Part shown: positions 1 to 13,812 of the stretch, one piece after another
Position numbering within the stretch: the first letter of the stretch is position 1
Layout of the letters: each line of letters starts with the position of its first letter
DNA from: Eledone cirrhosa
Taxonomy: Eukaryota
Direction of reading: 5' to 3'
NCBI GenBank assembly: GCA_964016885.1
Contig: OZ024745.1
Location: 133,982,001-134,046,000, forward strand
DNA: 64,000 nt
The notes under the pieces: generated by a model
The model's database searches: none
Told to the model about the DNA's origin: nothing
The model's input: only the letters and a program-made list of their open reading frames with translations
Made by a program: the position numbers and the translations under genes

Positions 1-161
1 TTTTTTTTTCAAAATACATATAAATATATATCATTTTTTAACTGTGTTATATAATTAATCACATATTTGTATAAAATACAGATTAAGAATTACATTTTCT
101 GTCACTGATTTCAATTTTTATACAGAATGTTATTAAACTTTCACTTTGGAATCAATTGTTT

Positions 162-253
162 AAAATACAACATGTCATTCAGAAATACGACATGTCGTTC
201 GGAAATATGACATGGCGTTCAGAAATACGACATGTCGTTCAGAAATACGACAT
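162..253. repeat. 20-bp tandem repeat (~4.5 copies, AGAAATACGACATGTCGTTC)
   Basis: Unit read directly; contains internal palindrome CGACATGTCG. Confidence 0.85.
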
Positions 254-728
254 AGTAATCATTTTGTTGATGTTCAGTTCAATACTACAATTTACAATTA
301 CTGCGTTTTAATTTTATTCCAAAGAAAACAATTCAATTCAATACAGTATAAAAAATACTTAAAGAGTAGTAAAATCTAATATGTGTAAAATATAAAAATA
401 ATATTGATTTTATCAGATCATGAATGTGTGAGTTCTTAGCAGTTCTGTTTTGTTGTTGTTGTTGTTATTATTATTATTGTTGTTGTTGTTATTGTCGTTG
501 TTCTCTGTCTATTGTTATGGGTTGTTTTGTGGGTGGCGTTTTCTATTATTTGTGTTGGATATCTAATGGTTTGTCATTTACAAATGGAAGTGTCAATAAT
601 CATTTCAATAACAACACACTGACTATCGCAATTAATGGACTCTTATTTGAATACGAAGCAGATATTTATAGAGAAGAAGTATAATCGATCGAATCGATTT
701 CACTCACTTATAAGTATTTTATTGACTG

Positions 729-760
<32 letters not shown>

Positions 761-929
761 CCTACACGTGTAGGTACACAAACGCACACAAACGCACACA
801 TATACACGTACACACGCCCAAAAAGGAAAGAATGATGAAATAGACCGTGGTATGATTTTAAATTCCGAAAGAAGATGGATGAGATTGAGAGCATGTTGCA
901 GTCAGGCTAATGTTACTCTAAATTACATT

Positions 930-1022
930 AATAATTGTTTCTGATTTAGGCAGGCGACCAGCAATTTTCAGAGAGGGGAAAGTCGATTAAATCAACCCGA
1001 GTGCGTGACTGCTACTTTATTT
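930..1022 (-). mobile_element. tRNA-derived SINE, 3' fragment (long subfamily)
   Basis: Matches 3' half of the SINE at 17391-17613, including the GTCGATTAAATC hairpin segment. Confidence 0.75.
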
Positions 1023-1119
1023 TACAGAAGACTTTCCTCAGACTGTCCTTATCGACGCTCAGAACAGCTCATACCTTCCGCTAACATAGAAATCTAAACT
1101 GAAAACAGATCTCCTCCAG

Positions 1120-1282
1120 AATGGGATGCTAAAACTCTGTCAAGAAAATCCCTTACATGATCAATACCAGTAAAAGCTGAGTCGAGAGGAAGTAGACAAG
1201 AAAAATTCACAAAACTGGTTCAGAAGTGCTGGCCTAAAAGCCAAAACTGAAACATTTTTTTATTGAAGCACAAGACTAAAGT
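1120..1282 (+). mobile_element. R4/Dong-like non-LTR retrotransposon fragment (decayed)
   Basis: Manual translation from 1141: QENPLHDQYQ*KLSREEVDKKNSQNWFRSAGLKAKTETFF/IEAQD*S, equivalent to the WLKRGDLKKATEGMLMVAQEQ block of the element at ~32340-32420; stop codons and a frameshift. Confidence 0.7.
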
Positions 1283-1283
1283 A

Positions 1284-1475
1284 AATAATTGTTTCTACAT
1301 TTGGCACAAGGCCAGCAATTACCCAGTGCATTACTGGTACTTTATTTTATCGACCCTGTAAGGATGAAAGGCAAAGTTAACCTCGACGGGATTTGAACTC
1401 AGACCGTAAAAGGACATAACTATGCTGGAAAGCATGGCGCCCGACCCTCTACTGATACTGCCAATCCAGCGCCCT
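1284..1475 (-). mobile_element. tRNA-derived SINE, full length (short subfamily)
   Basis: A-box-like TGGCAGTATCAGT, B-box GAGTTCAAATCCC, core GCCTTTCATCCTTAC..GTCGATAAAATAAAGTACCAG on minus strand. Confidence 0.9.
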
Positions 1476-1494
1476 GGATATATAAGACCAAAGT

Positions 1495-1699
1495 AAATAA
1501 TGATTTCTGATCAACAATTTTGGGAGGGGGAAAAATTGATTAAATCTACCACAAAGCATTACTGGTACTTTATTTTATCAACGCCGTAAGGATAAAAGGT
1601 AACCTCGACGGGATTCGAAATCATAACGTAAAGGGTGGTAACTCTATGCCAGGAAGCATGTTGTGCGACGCTCTGCCGATATTGCCAATTTACCGCCCT
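1495..1699 (-). mobile_element. tRNA-derived SINE, diverged (long subfamily)
   Basis: Same head and core as neighbour; AAAGTAAATAAT repeated at both junctions. Confidence 0.8.
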
Positions 1700-1859
1700 A
1701 AACCAAAAGTAAATAATAAAGCAGAACACATTCAGTAACTGCAGATATTTAGGGGTGGCAATGAAGGAATTGACCATATTGTCGTTGGCTATCTAGTGTT
1801 AGCAAAAGACATGATGGAGTTGGGATTTATATAAAGTTGAGGTTCTGCCAACACTACGA

Positions 1860-1943
1860 AACAGTTGTGGTAGAGATATACAACAGTTGTGGTAGAGATA
1901 TACAACAGTTGTGGTAGAGATATACAACAGTTGTAGTAGAGAT
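1860..1943. repeat. 22-bp tandem repeat (ACAACAGTTGTGGTAGAGATAT x~4)
   Basis: Read directly. Confidence 0.85.
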
Positions 1944-3029
1944 TATTTCCATTATAAATGATTAGAAGATAAAGCATTATTAAAGTTTTATAAGCCTTTA
2001 TGATTTATATTTTCAACAGTTGATGATGTACGTCTAAAAACCAGGCTTGGTTGCTTACTGTTTTTTCCTGACTTTATCCGAAGCCTGGAATGTAGACAAA
2101 GCTTTATGAAGGCAATTTGAGAATAATTCACTTTTTTTGTTAATTAAGTTTTCATAATTATTAATTATCAATAGGGTCTCCATTGTACAGAGGGCGCAGT
2201 TACTTTAATAATGCTTTATCTTCTAATCATTTATAATGGAAATAGTGTTTGAATGAGAGACACTTGTTTAATAACTTGTAGGCAGGTTGGATACACATAA
2301 CCTATGGCTTTGGGGATACTTTTAACTTTGATTCAGATCTCTATTTTTCTATCTCTGTTTTAAATATATAGTTTAGATATCTAATCTGTAAATTTTACTG
2401 ACTTTAATTTGAACTGTGGATCATTCATGCGTTTACATTTATATATATATTTATGTATTATATATATATATATATGTATTTTACTCATTTAGGGATGGTT
2501 TTTGAGGACTCAGAAAGTTGGCTTTGTTTTTTATATTTTATGTATTTTTAGCAAACAATATTAGCAGACAAATATTGGTTTATATCTCCACTAAACTGGA
2601 GGTAAGACTACTAACAGTGTTTTTAATCGATATGTTTTATTGGATATATACCGTCTTATTAATATCTAGTATATCAATGTATAGTTTGTGCAAATATCTT
2701 TATTTAGTGTAATAACATAATAGTAGTTACACATGTATGAAACTACTAACAAAGATTATAATCGTTATTCTTTATTAAATGTATACCGTCTCATTAATAC
2801 TTAGTATATCTCTATATATAGTTTGTGCAAATATGTTTATACTGTATAATAACATAATCATAATTATAGTTCGGTATGACTCTATATATAGTTTGTGCAA
2901 ATATATTTATATTGTATAATAACATAATCATAATTAGAGTTCGGTCTTCTCTAGAAGGTAGAACTAATGTAATGATTAAATATAATATATGAACAAATAA
3001 TAATTTATAGTCCTGATATTATGATCAAT

Positions 3030-3079
<50 letters not shown>

Positions 3080-3785
3080 CTGAAAACTCTGACTTCTTTA
3101 GGTTTAATTATTATACTTTAGGCACTATAACTATTTAACAATAAATTCCTTGATAGTTATAACTGTAAATACTTCATAAATTATATTATGGAAAATGTTG
3201 TCAATGTTACAAGTAATTTTGTTAAAGATTACCTTTGTGAGAATATTGGACAGTATATATTTTTCTTTCGCGGGCCTCGTAAATCCTTTAAATTTGTTTT
3301 CATAAAACTTTGAATTTTAGAAATTTAACACAATTATAAAATTAATACAAATAACCATCAACTTTTAAAACCTAAAATTTTGATTCTTTACCCTAAAATA
3401 ACATAAATTAAATATTTTGAAATTTAACCGCCAAAGCTATATATGTTTATATGTGTCTGAAGAAAATTTGAGCATAAATGACTCCGCTTTATCTCTCTCT
3501 CTCTTTAATTATCTATCAGTTGTCTTCTCAAACTAAATACTAAATAAATTATAACTCCAGATACGTCTTCCTCTATAGTTCTATAGTAGTATTTCAGATT
3601 TTAAAAACTCTATAACTGTTGCATTAAGGCAATGTTTTTCTTACTCACACTCTCTCTATTGATTCTATTACGTTTTCGCATGTTCTCAATATTAGGGTAT
3701 AAATATTGAGTTTTCTCATAAGTTAATCACTACCTTGATTAAATCTTAACCATCTAACATGTCAGGGTATGTCATGTATCATTTT

Positions 3786-3850
3786 ATTTTATCTGATGAG
3801 GACGTACTGTTGAACTTGATTCAGTACCTCTGAAATATGTATAATAAAAT
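3786..3850 (+). ncRNA. Minimal type I hammerhead ribozyme (C-C mismatch class), PLE terminal-repeat relic
   Basis: ATTTTAT-CTGATGA-GGAC GTACTG..CAGTAC CTCT-GAAA-TATGTA-TA|ATAAAAT; 7-bp stem I, intact core; flanks resemble 26870-27070. Confidence 0.85.
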
Positions 3851-3893
3851 TTAATTGATCACAAGAATATCTAGTTTGTTAATATTTGAATTA

Positions 3894-3925
<32 letters not shown>

Positions 3926-4091
3926 CCATATCTATATATATATATATCTATATCCATATATATATAGAGATATAGATATATATATACATACATACACACA
4001 CATATACACTCACACACACACACATACACTCACACACACACACATTTATATCTATACACATATACATAAATATACGTATACATACATACAC

Positions 4092-4122
<31 letters not shown>

Positions 4123-4181
4123 AATATACATACACACACATATATACATATATATATATATACAAATATATACATACACAG

Positions 4182-4225
<44 letters not shown>

Positions 4226-4828
4226 ATATATATATATATATATACACACAATCATTATCAGTATTTTATCCCTAATGAAAGAAATATTAGTTTCGAATGA
4301 ATGCCTATACACTATCTTTTCGTAGCATCTTCTGATCACAACAAATCACTCAAGCTAATTTCATCTGTTAATGATGTTTATCGGGAAGATATATATTTTT
4401 TTCATAAAGTTACTGTTATTCTCTTTAACTTACTTGTGTGAAATTAATTAGCGTTAATATTTATATTTTTGAAGAGTATGTTAAGTTGCGACAAGCTACC
4501 TTATACTATATATTTGTCTTTTTGTGTTCGACACTAGAATTACGCCGAGGTGGATTATGACTTTCATCATTCGGGGTTGATAGTATAAAGTACTAATCAG
4601 GTATGAGATGAAATCGATATAATCGAATGTCCCTTCTCGTAAACTAGTTAGCCGTGTTCTGTTTGTTAGAAATTAATTGATATAAACAATGCACGAAGCC
4701 GAATAATAAGAATATTTATAGAGAAAATTCACATTTTTTGTCTGTAGTTTTCTTTCTCTGTTGGTGTTGACCTTAGCTGTGTCACTATCAATAGTGGATG
4801 TATCAGGGAAGAATCAGTTCGTTCTGTT

Positions 4829-4925
<97 letters not shown>

Positions 4926-5291
4926 TATTAAAAAAAAGTGGTCAAGCATAGAAATGCTATAAAGATAGCCTATAAAATAAGGTGAAAACCCTATTTTATA
5001 CGCTATGAAGAATATTTGAGGAATATACTTTTATTCTACCTAACCAGTAACATAAAACTCGAAGTAAGTTCCTGGTTATTTGAAGCTGCATCGAGGTTTC
5101 AATCTTAATTGAAGATCATTCATTTCATTTAGACTGATCCTAGCTTTGAGAAAGTCATTCATATTATCATCTCTTCCCATTTGCCAGCTTCCTATAATAT
5201 GCATTTTCTTGTGTAATATCGTGGACAACTAATCTCGATTCTAGGTTAATGTCAATTGTTTTCACTAATACAGTTAAAGAACACTATTAAC

Positions 5292-5382
<91 letters not shown>

Positions 5383-5420
5383 CATTAGAACATCTGACTG
5401 ATAAAATGACAAGTCAGTCA

Positions 5421-5642
5421 ATCATATTGGTGGCCTCCCCACCGCCCCGGCGGACAGAATGGAGAAGGCGTTTCCCCGGAGGACGCCAAGGGAGATGCAC
5501 TGGAAAAGCCATTCCAGCTCGCGAGGCTCACACCTGCGGCTGGCCAGCTCAGCGCCTATGGTGGTGAATAGGGAGGTAGCCCTAGGGCCGAGGATACCAG
5601 AAGTCTCCACTGCCAAGGGTACAACCGCAAACCTGTCGGAGA
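5421..5642 (-). mobile_element. CRE-like non-LTR retrotransposon, short 3' fragment
   Basis: LAVETSGILGPRATSLFTTIGAELASRRCEPRELEWLFQCISLGVLRGNAFSIL, near-identical to the C-terminus at 47640-47830. Confidence 0.85.
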
Positions 5643-7286
5643 ATGGTTAACCATTACAATAAAGCAGGTAAGTCGTGATTTATCTTCTTCCCTGTAATGT
5701 TATATGGTTATTTTCTCTGTTTCTATTTTGTGACAGAGTCAATTTTGGAAAATAGAGTAGAGATATATCCAAGACGTGGTCACTATTGTTTATTACAATA
5801 GTTACTCCACTGCATCTGGCACTGCTAATGTCGGTAAAGAAGTTACAAACTCTGCTCAAGTTTCTTATAGAACTAATAGGCTTTGTTGTGCTTATTCTTT
5901 TGCTGCAAGTAATATACTCTACATGTCTGGGTATTTCAGGATAATTTTACAATGTCACACTAGTTTAAGTATACGTCGTAGTATATTTTAGTATAAGTTC
6001 TAATATAACATCTAGATAACAACTCTGTCTGACGAACGATCCAGACGTATATTATTATCGTCTGTGATCCAGAAACCTTTGGTAATGGAGTAGTTATATT
6101 TTGTGGTGTTCACTTTCCAATTAAATAGCTCTGTTCTATACATGAGCACTCCTTTTTCCCTTGTTTTTCCTTTGGAATTATGTAACGCATAAGTTCTAGT
6201 ATATTCGACATTTCTATACTTCAGTGAAATAGATTATAGTTTATTCTATTAATTACACCTCTCCAACGCTCTCTTTCTTTCTCAGGACCTCTCTCGTTGA
6301 TAAATGGAAAACTTGTAGTTTGTTTCGTGTAGGTGACTGTCCAACCTTTTCCGTCTACATTGCTAATTTACCCGGCTAATTCCTAGTTCCACATATTCCA
6401 CTATTTTAATGTTAATATACGAATTCTGACAGTTATTTACGACAAAATCAAACAAATTTCAAATATTTAAACTTGTCCAATTTCCTGATAATTTTATCGA
6501 TCTATTGTTATGTTTTCTATTATTGTTGTTTTTATTATAGTGTATTTTATTATATAAGCTAATGTCTGCATCTATTATACTGGCCAATACTTCAGCATCT
6601 AGGTTTTAAATTCCAGCGCCCACTTTATCTACCATCTCTATGTGAACGATTAAATTAGTAGCAATTCCGAACTCCGTTAGTCGATTAGATCAACAAACAC
6701 TCTTTATAACAAAGATTGGTGTAATTCCAGATAATATATGACTCTGTTATTTGATGTGAATTAGCTCAAAGTTAGCCTAGATTAAATAGACCTTTGATCA
6801 GAGATCTATATATCCTATCTTGTTTCAAGCTAGTGTCCATCAACTACATCTAAATTACAATAATTTAAGGAGCTCGGGACTGCGTACGGTTTATAATTTT
6901 TCATCCCATTAGTAAAATAAGTTGGATTACTTTGAATAAATAATGAATGAATATTACATAATTTATCTACTAAATTTCGTGGTTGTTGATATTTTGTTTA
7001 TTTAAAGATTCGCTTCTTTAAAATTACTGAAATGTCAACACTTCCGGTTGGCATCGCTTAAATAAACATACTAATTTTCTGTCACTAATTTTCTCCTAAT
7101 GCAGTTTATATATAATATCGTCTTTTTTAATGTATCATGGATTACGTTACTGATTAAATAAGACAGTGTAACGCAGTCTTCGTTCAATTTCTATTTATTA
7201 TATATTGTCAATTACGATGTTATTTGATGTATCATATCTACATGTATATATACCTGCGTATAATATCAATATACACACTACACATG

Positions 7287-7324
7287 CTAGCAGAAAACCA
7301 CCCCAAGGGTGGTTTTTCTGCTAG
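7287..7324. repeat. Short near-perfect hairpin CTAGCAGAAAACCACCC-caa-GGGTGGTTTTTCTGCTAG
   Basis: Inverted repeat read directly. Confidence 0.7.
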
Positions 7325-7562
7325 TTATTTTAATAAATGATCATTTTTTTAAAAGCTTTATTGGATGCGATTTGAAAGAGATTTGTCTGCTATTTCTAAC
7401 AGATAGAATGGCCATGTAGAGGCTCCGTCATTTACTACAGATGCATGGTTTGTTAATATAGGCGTGTAATTCTGTGCTAAAGTTTTCATTTTAGGCTTTT
7501 TTAGGGGAAGAAAAAGTGTTAGCAGCAAAAACTAAATATTTCAAAATGTGATTGAAATCTAT

Positions 7563-7686
<124 letters not shown>

Positions 7687-7786
7687 TTATGTTTCTATAT
7701 ATACAAACAGACAGATACACATATATATGTATATATATATATATATGTGTGGGTGTGTGTGGGTGTGTGGGTGTGGGTGGGTGTGG

Positions 7787-7863
<77 letters not shown>

Positions 7864-8239
7864 GATTACACATAATATATATATGATATCACAACACATA
7901 ATATATATATATGATATTACAACAGAGTGGAATATATGATTAAGGTAAGGTAGAGGAAAACTTGAATTTTTGTGTCCATACAAATTATATAGATTCGAGA
8001 ATCTAGCAACATTTTTTTGATCATCTAAACTATATACTTCGCAGTCAGATACTGTGATCATTTCTTAGCTGCAACTATAATTCTTTGCAAATCTTCCAGT
8101 ATTAGTATACGTATGTACGTATATATATATATATAAATGCATATATATATATATATGTATTTATATATATATATGCATTCGTATATATATATGTACATTC
8201 GTTCATATATATATATATATGCATCTATATATATATATT

Positions 8240-8337
<98 letters not shown>

Positions 8338-8536
8338 TATATATATGTGTGTGTATGAGTGTATATTTATATATAAGTGATATTGAATAAGAATTTCATG
8401 GAATATATCATTAAAGTTGAAATGTCTGGGTGTGCTATAATGTTAAATAGAATAACAGAAATATAGTGAATACAATTACAATATAAACAGCGACTAGTTT
8501 AGTTTGATCTCAATCTAACGTGTATTTAGCTCTTGA

Positions 8537-8593
<57 letters not shown>

Positions 8594-9004
8594 CATGAAG
8601 ATTTAATCTCTAATTATCGGCTACATTCACCCTGGATATTGTCTAGAACCTCTTATTTACAACTTCAGGAATGGCATCATTCTGTAATATTTAAAGATGT
8701 GTATTATCAACAATATTATTAGTTATGTGAAGCTTAAAGATTTTAAACATTTCGCAATAATTTCACATGATATTTCAGAAATAGATATTATATCTGTATA
8801 TTGAGATTTCTTATATATATTTAAGGTCTTAAATTTAAGGTAATGATTAAATTCGTAATGGTATTGGGTTTTGAAGCAGCGATGAACACTTAATATACAT
8901 GTAATGATTTAATAAGGGAATCTACTGGTAATTGTCGCCATTCCTTCTTCTAGCTTACATGTAACTTTTATGAGTTTGTTTCTGTTTTTTTTTTGTAACA
9001 CAGT

Positions 9005-9255
9005 TGCCGCCAAATTTAACGTTACACTGTCGCCTCCAACTTTAACGTTACACCGTTACCGCCAACTTTAACGTTGTAATATTACCGCCAACTTTAACGT
9101 AATATTATCGCCAACTTTAACGTTGTGATATTACCGCCAACTTTAACGTAATATTACCGCCAACTTTAACGTTGTGATATACCGCCAACTTTAACGTTGT
9201 GATATTACCGCCAAATTTAACGTAATATTACCGCCAACTTTAACGTTGTAATATT
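9005..9255. repeat. Minisatellite, 21-26-bp units (ACCGCCAACTTTAACGT[TGTG]ATATT)
   Basis: ~10 units of two lengths. Confidence 0.85.
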
Positions 9256-9388
9256 TCCAACCCACAAATCGTCACTGTTAAACTCTTACAGTCAATATTT
9301 AAATATAATCTAAAAAAGAAACAAAATTCTGTTCTCGAAGAATATCTTTCGGGTCTAAGACTCAAACCTCTCTCTCTCTCAGGCGCGC

Positions 9389-9484
<96 letters not shown>

Positions 9485-9843
9485 GACCTGTATCGGTTCC
9501 GACGATGAGTGTTCCAATTGTTCCAACTAAATCACCCGCTAATCAGCAGTGCTAACGTGTCATCACAATAATATCACTGTAGAGAAACTATGTTCAATCC
9601 ATCAATAGTTATTCCTATCATGGCTGAAATATGGCCATTTAATGTCTTAAAGACAGCCTAGCAATGGAGCTACTCGAGCCTTACCATTTACACAAGGATA
9701 AATTTGGCTGTGGAAACGATTCTAGGGCGCTTCTTTCTCTTCATACATAACATTTTATTTTTTAAGGCTTAATTCGGTTTTGATGCTAGCACTATCTCAT
9801 GAAAACAACACACTGCACATAGACTACACACTACACATAGACT

Positions 9844-10968
9844 ATAGCCACATATAACACATTACTACCTGTAATACAGCCACATATAACACATTACTAC
9901 CTGTACTACAGCCACATATAACATATTACTACCTGTACTACAGCCACATATAACACATTACTACCTGTAATACAGCTACATATAACACATTACTACCTGT
10001 AATACAGCCACATATAACACATTACTACCTGTACTACAGTCACATATAACACATTACTACCTGTACTACAGCCACATATAACACATTACTACCTGTAATA
10101 CAGCTACATATAACACATTACTACCTGTAATACAGCTACATATAACACATTACTACCTGTAATACAGCTACATATAACACATTACTACCTGTACTACAGT
10201 CACATATAACACATTACTACCTGTACTATAGCCACATATAACATATTACTACCTGTACTACAGCCACATATAACACATTACTACCTGTAATACAGCTACA
10301 TATAACATATTACTACCTGTAATACAGCTACATATAACACATTACTACCTGTACTACAGTCACATATAACACATTACTACCTGTACTATAGCCACATATA
10401 ACATATTACTACCTGTACTACAGCCACATATAACACATTACTACCTGTACTACAGCCACATATAACACATTACTACCTGTACTACAGCCACATATAACAT
10501 ATTACTACCTGTACTACAGTCACATATAACACATTACTACCTGTACTACAGTCACATATAACACATTACTACCTGTACTACAGTCACATATAACACATTA
10601 CTACCTGTACTACAGCTACATATAACACATTACTACCTGTACTACAGCCACATATAACATATTACTACCTGTAATACAGCTACATATAACATATTACTAC
10701 CTGTACTACAGTCACATATAACACATTACTACCTGTACTACAGCTACATATAACACATTACTACCTGTACTACAGTCACATATAACACATTACTACCTGT
10801 ACTACAGTCACATATAACACATTACTACCTGTACTACAGTCACATATAACACATTACTACCTGTACTACAGCTACATATAACACATTACTACCTGTACTA
10901 CAGTCACATATAACACATTACTACCTGTAATACAGCCACATATAACACATTACTACCTGTAATACAGC
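9844..10968. repeat. 32-bp minisatellite (CAGCCACATATAACACATTACTACCTGTACTA x~35)
   Basis: Period 32 measured (9851 to 9883); highly homogeneous. Confidence 0.95.
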
Positions 10969-11694
10969 ATGGCCAGTGTCGTTCTCTACTAGATGGAGAC
11001 TTGGTATATGTAGAACAATATATCTGCAGGTGACACCTGATTGTTCCACCGACTACATAAGGTGTGAGGAGTTCGATCAATGAGGGGTGATTGATGTCTT
11101 AACAATATCAACACACCGAAAGTCTATATATTCATAAAATGTGTATTACGAGGCTGCATCCTTCAATCTAGTCTGTTTCTGCTTCTGTATTCCTAGCATT
11201 CTTACTCCTGTTCATATACTCCCATTCACACATAGAAACAGTGTCATGGTCAGACGACGTGTTACTTCTCTCAATGTCCTTTACTTCAACTAGACGTCAA
11301 ACTCATATGAACCTCGTTCCAAACAAATAGACTAATGTCAGTTCCTATCAAATCCACCATCTTTCTTCTTACTATCCGAAAACATTAAGAATTGTCAAAT
11401 ATTGCGCTCAAAACTATACAAATAAGGCGACCCACTGAAAACAAAAAAAATATTACATACTTCCTAAAAATGCTTTTACATAATTCTCATCATAAACAGA
11501 ACTTATTAAAGAAATTTAGATTGGTGTACAAACATACTAAAAATCTCACATATACTAATGTGACCAACGCAATGAAACAATATATACCTCTTTACAGCGC
11601 CTTCAATTTCATAAATTGTGTCTGCCCCGTTTAGTATGGTACTTATCATTACAAGGTGCAGTCAGATCACATCCACGTCCATGTATACAATTTA

Positions 11695-11950
11695 ATAAAA
11701 ATATGATCCCTACAGATATAAGTTAAAAACATGGTCCCTATAGCTACAAGTTAAAAACATGGTCCCTTCAGTTACATGTTAAAAACATGGTCCCTGCAGC
11801 TACAAGTTAAAAACATGGTCACTGCAGCTACATGTTAAAAACATGGTCACTGCAGCTACATGTTAAAAACATGGTCCCTGTAGCTACATGTTAAAAACAT
11901 GGTCCCTGCAGCTACATGTTAAAGACATGGTCCCTGCAGCTACATGTTCA
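11695..11950. repeat. 28-bp minisatellite (GTTAAAAACATGGTCCCTGCAGCTACAT x~9)
   Basis: Period 28 measured (11822 to 11850). Confidence 0.9.
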
Positions 11951-13107
11951 ATTATCATGAATCAGAATGGGGGACTACAACAGGCCGTATTACGACATTA
12001 TTATAACACTATCATTAGAATATTATCCCACTCCGTATAGACAACACAGACAAAAGTAGCGTCAACATCACTAGTTTGAAACTAGTGTCCTGCGCAGGAG
12101 TAGTTCTTGCTATCTATTTATCTCTAGTCCATGCCGAGATATATAGTTGTGTAGGGCTAAAATACATGCAATTATTGTAATAGAAACATCCAGAATTCTA
12201 TATCTTTACATTGTAACAAGTCATTTGAGAGTATACATACGTATTATAGATCTGTTGAGACAATTCTTGGTTAGAGTAGGCAGCAACCACACAGCAACCT
12301 CAACAAGGTGAATTGTTCAATTGGGAGTAATTTATAAATGTACAAAACAGAGCTGATAACGGGATATTAAAAACCCAACTATTTTCTTATTTACTCTATC
12401 AACTGGACATGGACATGTTTGCATTTTCTTAGAAATATGTATGGACGACATGGAGATAATTCTGGAAGACATTGAGAGTCAAAATATGACAAAGTTCAGT
12501 GCATGATTAGCCAATGTTTTGCCATTTTCTTCATTGTGGACATCATTTTCCAAATTTTCTGAAGATTAAAATAGAGTGTAGTGATGGTCATGTTTTGTCC
12601 AAAGACATTGGCAGTATAATTGAAGTCAAATTACGACAAATCATGTATGAAAACCGATTTATAATTTCCAAATACTGGCTGCTTGGTTCTACTAAATATT
12701 TCTATGCTGTGTATTGTTACATTATCCGTTATTTTCCATCCGATTCTTTCAGTTTGACAATAATACAAAGCAATAATTACGCAATACACTAAACAGCAAA
12801 ATTGTTTCGTTAGTTATTTAATTATTGTAGTTACTGAAATGATTGTGCACATTATTTTCATAATAGTATGTCTATATGTTTAGTGTCAGCTTATCAATCA
12901 TCTTATATGACTCTTATTTTTACAGTAGTTTTTACAGTAGTTTTTACAATAGTTTTTTACAGTAGTTTTTGCTGTAGCTTGATAAATAATTTATAAATCT
13001 GTAGTTATAATACGACCATTTGTATGCAATACGATTATATTTTCATTTATTTTGTAATAAATTCGCCATTTCCTGAAGTTCTAAATTTGATTATAAGGAA
13101 GTTAGCT

Positions 13108-13317
13108 CTCATTATCGGGAGAGCGTTGGACAGCAAGCCTTGTGGCATGTAGTTACGGCCCTTTACGTCTAAGTTCAAATCCCGCCGAGGCTAGCCTTGC
13201 TTTTTATCCTTACAAGGTCGATAAAATAAAGTACCAGCAATGCACTGGGGTCGATTTAATCGACTTTCCCCCCTCTCCCAAAATTGCTGGCCTTGTGCTT
13301 ATAGTAGAAATCATTAA
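13108..13317 (+). mobile_element. tRNA-derived SINE (long subfamily)
   Basis: B-box AAGTTCAAATCCC, core, GTCGATTTAATCGAC hairpin, AGAAATCATT end. Confidence 0.85.
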
Positions 13318-13454
13318 TTGATCACAATCTCAACCATCACTACAACAAATAGCAGCAACAACAACAGCAACAACAACAACAACAACAACAGAAATAACAA
13401 TTAATAAGAAATGTGACAAAGTACTTAAATCCTCCTCCATTACCAACAAAATCA

Positions 13455-13630
13455 ATAATTGTTTCTACTTTTGGCACAAGGCAAACAAATTACCCAGTAC
13501 ATTACTGGTACTTTATTTTATCGACCCCCGTAAGGCAAAATTAACCTCGACGGGATTTGACCTCAGACCGTAAAGGGACGTAACTATGCTAGAAAGCATG
13601 TCGTCCGACCCTCTACATATGCTGCCAATT
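13455..13630 (-). mobile_element. tRNA-derived SINE (short subfamily)
   Basis: Homology to 1284-1475. Confidence 0.85.
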
Positions 13631-13812
13631 CATCAATTATTAACTACAGGAATGTTAATTAAAAAGAATGGGGTAAACGTCTTCTTCATTGATGAATATA
13701 ATTGTGGGTAACCCCCCGTACCGCTACCGTCACTGATATCATCACAACATATGAAAGTAACAAAAGCAACAAGAACAACAAGAACAACAGCAACGACAGT
13801 AACAACAACAAC

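Noticed and set aside
5700-6480. Possible ancient LINE RT remnant on minus strand (TPLPK..DNNIR)
   Set aside because: Too decayed to support without a profile search
11040-11660. Possible very old PLE RT remnant
   Set aside because: Only a vague resemblance; no diagnostic motif recoverable by eye
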